Origin: a virus
IMG/VR virus record: IMGVR_UViG_3300020061_000004
Span: 1 to 64,000 of that record
Length of the DNA: 64,000 nucleotides
Strand: one strand, 5' to 3'
How positions within the stretch are numbered: the first letter of the stretch is position 1; each line of letters begins with the position of its first letter. A program made the position numbers and the translations under genes. The notes beneath the pieces are model-generated. The model saw nothing but the letters and a program-made list of their open reading frames with translations. It ran no database searches and was not told the DNA's origin. This document shows, in pieces, positions 58,899 through 64,000 of this stretch.

Positions 58899-60257
58899 TT
58901 AACTATGCATATAGTAATAGTTTGCTACTAATCCTTTATCAAAGTGGTAAAGGAATGCTTCAGCAGCTTTAAGGCTTAAATATCCTTTTTCAGCATGCCA
59001 AGCGTCATTTGCCGACAAGGAATTAAGGATTTTAACTGTAAAACCTGGGTATTCTTGGACATCTGTGAACTTAACCTGTTTCGAGTGATGGAAGTGACCC
59101 ACATGCACTCGTCTAAACTTAGTGGCCGCCCAGAGAGTTGGTTGTTCAGTCGCGCAGATGATCCCCAAATCATTGAGCTTTTCTCTGTGTCCATGTGTGT
59201 ACATGATAAGGTTCTGTCCATACTGATAGTATTTACGTGGAGTATGTGTGTTAATGACTTTTACATACTTATTTGTGTGAAACCATGCATCTAATACCTC
59301 TCCAAGAGTAAATGTAGAAATACTATCATGATTTCCCGGTATAATTATCACATCTACAGGTGCAATAGTAGATAGTTTTTCTATAGTTTCAATTAATAGA
59401 GTCTTTGCAGTCTGGAACATCTTCCCAAAGCGTGAATCACATGATACGGGTGTACCGGCAGTAGTAGTATTACTAGCATTATCCACATTAATGAGGTCAT
59501 TACCAACAGGAAGAATGATTTTTGCTACATTTTCCAGATTAACACGAGACAGTAATTCTTCTACTGCCTTTGTATAACGATCTACAGCAATTTTACTATC
59601 ATAAGCTTCTCCTGTTTCCTTTCCCCATGCCAGTTTACCAATATGCAAATCAGGAATGTTGATTTCTAATGCATGTACCTTTTCAACCTTAGATGGAACT
59701 GCATATTCAATACCAATATTACTATAAGGACTATATCCCTTGATTTCATCAAGAAACTTCTTCTTGTCGAATTCAACTGAGCTTTCCTTTTTATTTTTAA
59801 CTTTAGCCTTCACCGAATATAGTGGCTTAGACTCGATCTCTCCTTGGTTGTTCTTAATCCAAGCATTGTATGATTTAATCTCATAATCTGATATATTTCC
59901 CTTATCAAGATTGATCTTTGCAACACTTATAAGATCATCAAGATTCTCTACTTTATCTTCTGTAGTATGTGTATATACAGATTCTGCATCTTCTACTTTA
60001 TATGACCAACCAGTATTAGGAAGAGTTAGTGATCGAGTAGGGTCTTTTACTAAAGACTGATCATAATCTACACTATAATATCCAATTGTTGCAGTAGTAA
60101 GGGGTTTGTTTGTTTTATTTAATTGTCTCCAACGTTTACGAGCTTTTTCAGGATGAATATTAAACTTTGCAGCAATTTTATTGTAATATCCTACTTCATT
60201 TGTCTTTTTAGGATTTGCCATTATATATTCATCAACTAACTTATTCAGTTCACTCAT
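58899..60257 (-). CDS. Metallophosphoesterase/nuclease with N-terminal HTH-like region
   Basis: DLHIG, GND, GNHD, HGH and GHFHH motifs. ATG 60257 preferred as start. Confidence 0.85.
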   Translation of the reverse strand: MSELNKLVDEYIMANPKKTNEVGYYNKIAAKFNIHPEKARKRWRQLNKTNKPLTTATIGYYSVDYDQSLVKDPTRSLTLPNTGWSYKVEDAESVYTHTTEDKVENLDDLISVAKINLDKGNISDYEIKSYNAWIKNNQGEIESKPLYSVKAKVKNKKESSVEFDKKKFLDEIKGYSPYSNIGIEYAVPSKVEKVHALEINIPDLHIGKLAWGKETGEAYDSKIAVDRYTKAVEELLSRVNLENVAKIILPVGNDLINVDNASNTTTAGTPVSCDSRFGKMFQTAKTLLIETIEKLSTIAPVDVIIIPGNHDSISTFTLGEVLDAWFHTNKYVKVINTHTPRKYYQYGQNLIMYTHGHREKLNDLGIICATEQPTLWAATKFRRVHVGHFHHSKQVKFTDVQEYPGFTVKILNSLSANDAWHAEKGYLSLKAAEAFLYHFDKGLVANYYYMHS

Positions 60258-60273
60258 TTTGTTATATTTTACA

Positions 60274-60305
60274 CAAAAATACACAAAATCTCTGATATAT
60301 CCAAA
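60274..60305 (-). promoter_or_regulatory. Bacteroidota sigma70-type promoter
   Basis: TTTG-N20-TATTTTTG upstream of 60257. Confidence 0.65.
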
Positions 60306-60306
60306 T

Positions 60307-60334
60307 AAAAAATCCCCTCCTAGAAAAGAGGGGA
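60307..60334 (-). terminator. Intrinsic terminator
   Basis: TCCCCTC-(TTTTCTAG)-GAGGGGA followed by TTTTTT on the - strand. Confidence 0.8.
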
Positions 60335-60376
60335 CAGAACCTATCCAAAAACCAACAAAAGCATAGGGTCTTAAAG

Positions 60377-62140
60377 TTATTTTAATTCGAGTACTTTTAC
60401 CTTATCACTCAACTCTTTAACTGCATTTATTAGTGTAAAGATTAGAGTATCTGTATCAAGTTTTTTGAAATCCTCAATATTATAATAATGACTTTTTTCA
60501 GTAACTACAGCTTCAGGTATAATCTTTTCTATTTCTTGTGCAATTACACCTACACGTTTATCACCAGTAGTATTGTCTTTAAAATGAAACTTTAATGTAT
60601 TAATTTTTTCAATTTCATCAAGTCCTCTTGTATAAGATTCAAAACCAGTTTTTACTCTTTCATCTGATGTTACAACAACTCCTGTAGAGAAACTATTTGT
60701 CATAGTGCTACCTTCTTGGAAGATAGCATGTTTATTAGTTATACGTGCTCCATAATCACTTGTAGTAATATCATCAATATATAAACCATAGTAGTCAGCA
60801 ACAGTTCCTGTATAAACTGCACCAGTTGGTGCTGTATTAATACCTCTTGCTCTTATTGCTGCCCATCTTGATACATTTCCTGCATCAGATGCAAAAGCAA
60901 CAAATGTACCATTACTTACTATATTATCTACTGATACACTACCAGCATTTTCTTTAAACATAACACCCACTACACCTGCATATCCATCACATCCAGGAGC
61001 TAATGTAACTGCACCAGTTGCATTTATTCTCATTTCTCCATGAATCGCAGATTTTATTGAGTTAATAGCATCTGTCTGTGCTCCACCATCAATTTCTAAT
61101 AAACCAAATATTCCATTTAATCCTGTAGAAGCAAATGTTCCTGTAGTTGATATAGTTGCAGCACTAGTCTTTCCACCAGATACTACATAAGTATTTTCTA
61201 TCTGAAAGTTAGCTCCAGTACCGGGAGTACCTTCACCCATGTATAATACAGGATTGTCATGATACTTCAAATTAAAAGTAGCAAAATCAATATCTGTATT
61301 CTTAATTAATGGACCACCCATCTGAACTGTATTACCAGTAATGCTAAGACCATTATTAGCAGCATTAACTGTACCGGAATTGCCTACGAATAAACCATCA
61401 CTATTTACAGTAATATTATTACCAGCAGTAACTGATACTTTAACATTAGCAGTTAAGACATTAGGAGTAGTAGTTGAAAGATTAAGATCAACTGTAGCTG
61501 TATCATTAGCTTGTAAACCTGCTGTTAATAAGCAATTTGCAAGCTGTTCCCTGACACCTAAGTTAGAACTACATAATGCACTAGCAAAGCAAGCAGCGTT
61601 GAATGTAGGGCGTATTACAAGGGTTCCAGAATTATCTAGGACATCAATAGATATACAACCATCTACAGTAGTGTCTCCTACTACCTGATTAAATAAATAA
61701 TCAGGAGAATCATTAGCATCTACCTTTACAAAGAAATTAGGATTGGGATTAGTGGCAAGGAGTCCATTAGCTGTAGCAGATAATAGATTACCAACAGTTG
61801 GGTCTATTATTACATTACCACTTAATGTTCTTCCATCAAGGCCAACAGTTAAATCTAATGTGTTTGTATCAAGAGGAATGATAGGAGTATTAGCTGTACT
61901 ACCAAACTTTGCATCTATTGCATCAAATATTGTCTGAGCAGAACTACCATTAGGAAGTCCTAGATTTATTAGATTAGTTGCAGGAGGGATGAAGCCTGGA
62001 TATGTAGGATGATAGATAACACAAGCAGAATCCATTTCTGAATTACAGTTTGCATTTTCATTACATTGATCACAATAAGGAACTACTACACAATTACATC
62101 TAAGATGGTCTGGGCCACCACAAGTTGAGCAAATAGGCAT
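60377..62140 (-). CDS. Tail fibre/spike with C-terminal intramolecular chaperone (peptidase S74)
   Basis: TSDERVK...GVIAQE...LINAVKEL, with a Cys-rich N-terminus. Confidence 0.85.
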   Translation of the reverse strand: MPICSTCGGPDHLRCNCVVVPYCDQCNENANCNSEMDSACVIYHPTYPGFIPPATNLINLGLPNGSSAQTIFDAIDAKFGSTANTPIIPLDTNTLDLTVGLDGRTLSGNVIIDPTVGNLLSATANGLLATNPNPNFFVKVDANDSPDYLFNQVVGDTTVDGCISIDVLDNSGTLVIRPTFNAACFASALCSSNLGVREQLANCLLTAGLQANDTATVDLNLSTTTPNVLTANVKVSVTAGNNITVNSDGLFVGNSGTVNAANNGLSITGNTVQMGGPLIKNTDIDFATFNLKYHDNPVLYMGEGTPGTGANFQIENTYVVSGGKTSAATISTTGTFASTGLNGIFGLLEIDGGAQTDAINSIKSAIHGEMRINATGAVTLAPGCDGYAGVVGVMFKENAGSVSVDNIVSNGTFVAFASDAGNVSRWAAIRARGINTAPTGAVYTGTVADYYGLYIDDITTSDYGARITNKHAIFQEGSTMTNSFSTGVVVTSDERVKTGFESYTRGLDEIEKINTLKFHFKDNTTGDKRVGVIAQEIEKIIPEAVVTEKSHYYNIEDFKKLDTDTLIFTLINAVKELSDKVKVLELK

Positions 62141-62141
62141 A

Positions 62142-62927
62142 TTATACAGTTGTTATTGTCTTAACGATTCCGTTTGCCTGAATCTTAAGAAGGTTTGAAG
62201 TGGTATTAAACCAATACTGTCCATCAAGAATTCCTGTAGGATCAGTAGCTAAATTACCAAGATATCCAATTACACCACAAGCAAGAGCAGCAAGACTTAC
62301 CGAGTTACCACCTACAATAGATAATGTCTTAGTAGTATTATCAAGTGAAAGTGTCTGAGGAGCAGAAAATATACCATCAGATAAAATAGAAGCTCTATTA
62401 TTAGCTGTAGCTGATATCTTCACCACCCCAGTGATAGTATGGTTCTGAGTACCTGAAACAGTAAAATCAATAGATGTACTATCTATAGGAGTAATAGGAA
62501 TTGTTGCAGCGGCAGTTGCAGCAGCTATAGCAGCACTCTGTGTAGCAAATTCAGTATCAACTGATTGTGCAAACTGTTGTAGAGTATTTATAGTAAATGG
62601 AACAGCTCTAAGAAAGGGAAGAGTGTAGTTTGGTACATTCATTACCTGTCCAATAGGTACTGCAACAGTATCCATAAATAACTGAAGAGTAGCTCCATTA
62701 TTTAAGCCAATAGGTGTAAGATTATTAATTATATCATTATTCTTATGATAGATGACACAATTAGAATCTAACTGAATTGGGCAACCAGTATTATTACACG
62801 TACATACAGGCTGACCACATCCACATCCGCCATATTGCCAACCAGAAGGAGCTATACGAGGATATTGAGGACCAAATGGAACAGCATCACTACCACATCC
62901 ACAACCAGAATAAAGAGGGTTAGGCAT
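62142..62927 (-). CDS. Short tail-fibre-like protein with Cys-rich N-terminus
   Basis: GCGCG repeats, SNCVIYH, and C-terminal GQYWFNTT..LLKI. Confidence 0.65.
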   Translation of the reverse strand: MPNPLYSGCGCGSDAVPFGPQYPRIAPSGWQYGGCGCGQPVCTCNNTGCPIQLDSNCVIYHKNNDIINNLTPIGLNNGATLQLFMDTVAVPIGQVMNVPNYTLPFLRAVPFTINTLQQFAQSVDTEFATQSAAIAAATAAATIPITPIDSTSIDFTVSGTQNHTITGVVKISATANNRASILSDGIFSAPQTLSLDNTTKTLSIVGGNSVSLAALACGVIGYLGNLATDPTGILDGQYWFNTTSNLLKIQANGIVKTITTV

Positions 62928-62938
62928 TTTATTTTAAT

Positions 62939-63397
62939 TTATATTCCTAAGAATGTTTTAATTGTACAAATTTCACTTCTAAATAAGTTTAGAATAGAAA
63001 TGAGTGAGTATGTATTAGTTCCAACTTGACAAGGTGCAGCTGAGGCTGAAAGACATTGTAAGTCTATTGTTAGAAGCTGTGTAGCAATATTCCAAGCATT
63101 TACAGTTGATGTTAATGCAGTGAGAGCAGCATCCAGTCCACATATCTTATCTGTGTGAATCTGAAATAATCCCTTTACATCTACATCAATAGGAACAGTT
63201 GTTAGACACTGGTTATTAAGATTAGTAACATTAATAGCCGTCTGAATATTTAGAATAGCCTGTGATATTAGATCAACAATGTCATTGACATTAGCATCAC
63301 AGTCGGGTTGTTGTTCTGTTGTAAGAAATACTAAATCCTTTCCTGTGTAAGGAACACATTCAGAAGGAATTATATTACCACATGAATATCTTCTCAT
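62939..63397 (-). CDS. Cys-rich structural protein
   Basis: SECVPYTG motif shared with neighbours. Confidence 0.6.
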   Translation of the reverse strand: MRRYSCGNIIPSECVPYTGKDLVFLTTEQQPDCDANVNDIVDLISQAILNIQTAINVTNLNNQCLTTVPIDVDVKGLFQIHTDKICGLDAALTALTSTVNAWNIATQLLTIDLQCLSASAAPCQVGTNTYSLISILNLFRSEICTIKTFLGI

Positions 63398-63555
63398 TGT
63401 ACTTTTTTATAAAGGAGGCTACAAATATATTCTGTTTGTTGTTTATCTTTGAAGAACTTGGCCTTTAGAAAGTCTTCATTAGGAAGTTCGCAGGTAATAT
63501 CATAGCGATAGCTATTATATACAGCATTAGCATATTTAAGAAGTATCTTTAACAT
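63394..63555 (-). CDS. Small hypothetical protein (53 aa, not in ORF track)
   Basis: MLKILLKYANAVYN...ICSLLYKKVQ. Overlaps both neighbours, with ATGA coupling at 63394-63397. Confidence 0.6.
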   Translation of the reverse strand: MLKILLKYANAVYNSYRYDITCELPNEDFLKAKFFKDKQQTEYICSLLYKKVQ

Positions 63556-63869
63556 TGTCCTGTGCTTAATATTACTGTTACAAAACTTTTAATCTCGTCA
63601 AGCTGCTTTTTAAAATAGCAGACATTTGTTGGGTAGTTGAGTGTTGAAAGTAATATACCTCTATAGTTTACAAGCTGAGCTTGTGTGATATTAGGCATAG
63701 TTGTATATAACCCTTTATCCTTAAAGCATGTTACTTTTTCCAACCATGAATTTACCTGATCTAAGGTATATACACAATCTGATTGTTGTGTTTCATCAAT
63801 GGGAGGAACAGAACGAGTAGCAAATGAGCGTGTAGCTATTGTAGCATTACCCGATGAACATCCACACAT
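63549..63869 (-). CDS. Cys-containing structural protein
   Basis: MCGC...GQC, with TAATG coupling. Confidence 0.6.
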   Translation of the reverse strand: MCGCSSGNATIATRSFATRSVPPIDETQQSDCVYTLDQVNSWLEKVTCFKDKGLYTTMPNITQAQLVNYRGILLSTLNYPTNVCYFKKQLDEIKSFVTVILSTGQC

Positions 63870-64000
63870 TAGTTACAACATTTTTCGAGTTTCTTAATTA
63901 ATCGATCTGTCAACTTAGATGCCAATGCATAAAACTCAGTAGCTTTCTTTTCATTCTGATCTGCAATAAGATGACATCCTTCTACAAGCATGTGTATCTC
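63869..64000 (-). CDS. 3' end of a structural gene running off the window
   Basis: Open frame ...EIHMLVEG...KKLEKCCN*. Confidence 0.6.
   Translation of the reverse strand, partial: EIHMLVEGCHLIADQNEKKATEFYALASKLTDRLIKKLEKCCN

Noticed and set aside
63420-63460. Fourth copy of the late promoter (TATATTTGTA)
   Set aside because: It falls inside the 53-aa ORF (codons EYIC), and the upstream-box-like sequence is at different spacing and a poor match.
1-64000. Stop-codon reassignment, known in some crAss-like phages
   Set aside because: The standard code gives uninterrupted ORFs up to 3868 aa. TGA is used in ATGA couplings and there is no TAG-fragmented region.
1-64000. tRNA genes or CRISPR arrays
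   Set aside because: Intergenic gaps are short and explained by promoters, terminators or small ORFs. I saw no cloverleaf or repeat-spacer pattern by eye, and tRNAscan-SE would be needed to confirm.

Overview
The window is part of a large AT-rich dsDNA phage genome of the crAss-like (Crassvirales) type. TAnnTTTG promoters suggest a Bacteroidota host, and the standard genetic code gives full coding density. Positions 1-14551 are mostly + strand: an RNA/tRNA end-healing and repair cluster (two metallophosphoesterases, RNA ligase, polynucleotide kinase, CCA-adding enzyme, RlaP-like nucleotidyltransferase), class II ribonucleotide reductase, a MazG-like protein, ThyX and a bacterial-type RecA. 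Positions 14628-64000 are - strand virion genes: several tail fibres, an HNH endonuclease, a lysis cassette, three consecutive giant ejection/virion-RNA-polymerase genes, cargo proteins, and muzzle, ring and IHF-like tail genes. Main observations: (1) the three consecutive ejection/RNAP proteins (about 6050 aa) contain only four cysteines by my reading, all at the adjoining termini, suggesting a head-to-tail Cys-linked chain; (2) a fixed-spacing bipartite late-promoter motif occurs three times; (3) cargo proteins are built from modules separated by repeated xxGG motifs; (4) there is a near-complete RNA repair toolkit. All calls come from motif recognition by eye, with no database searches.
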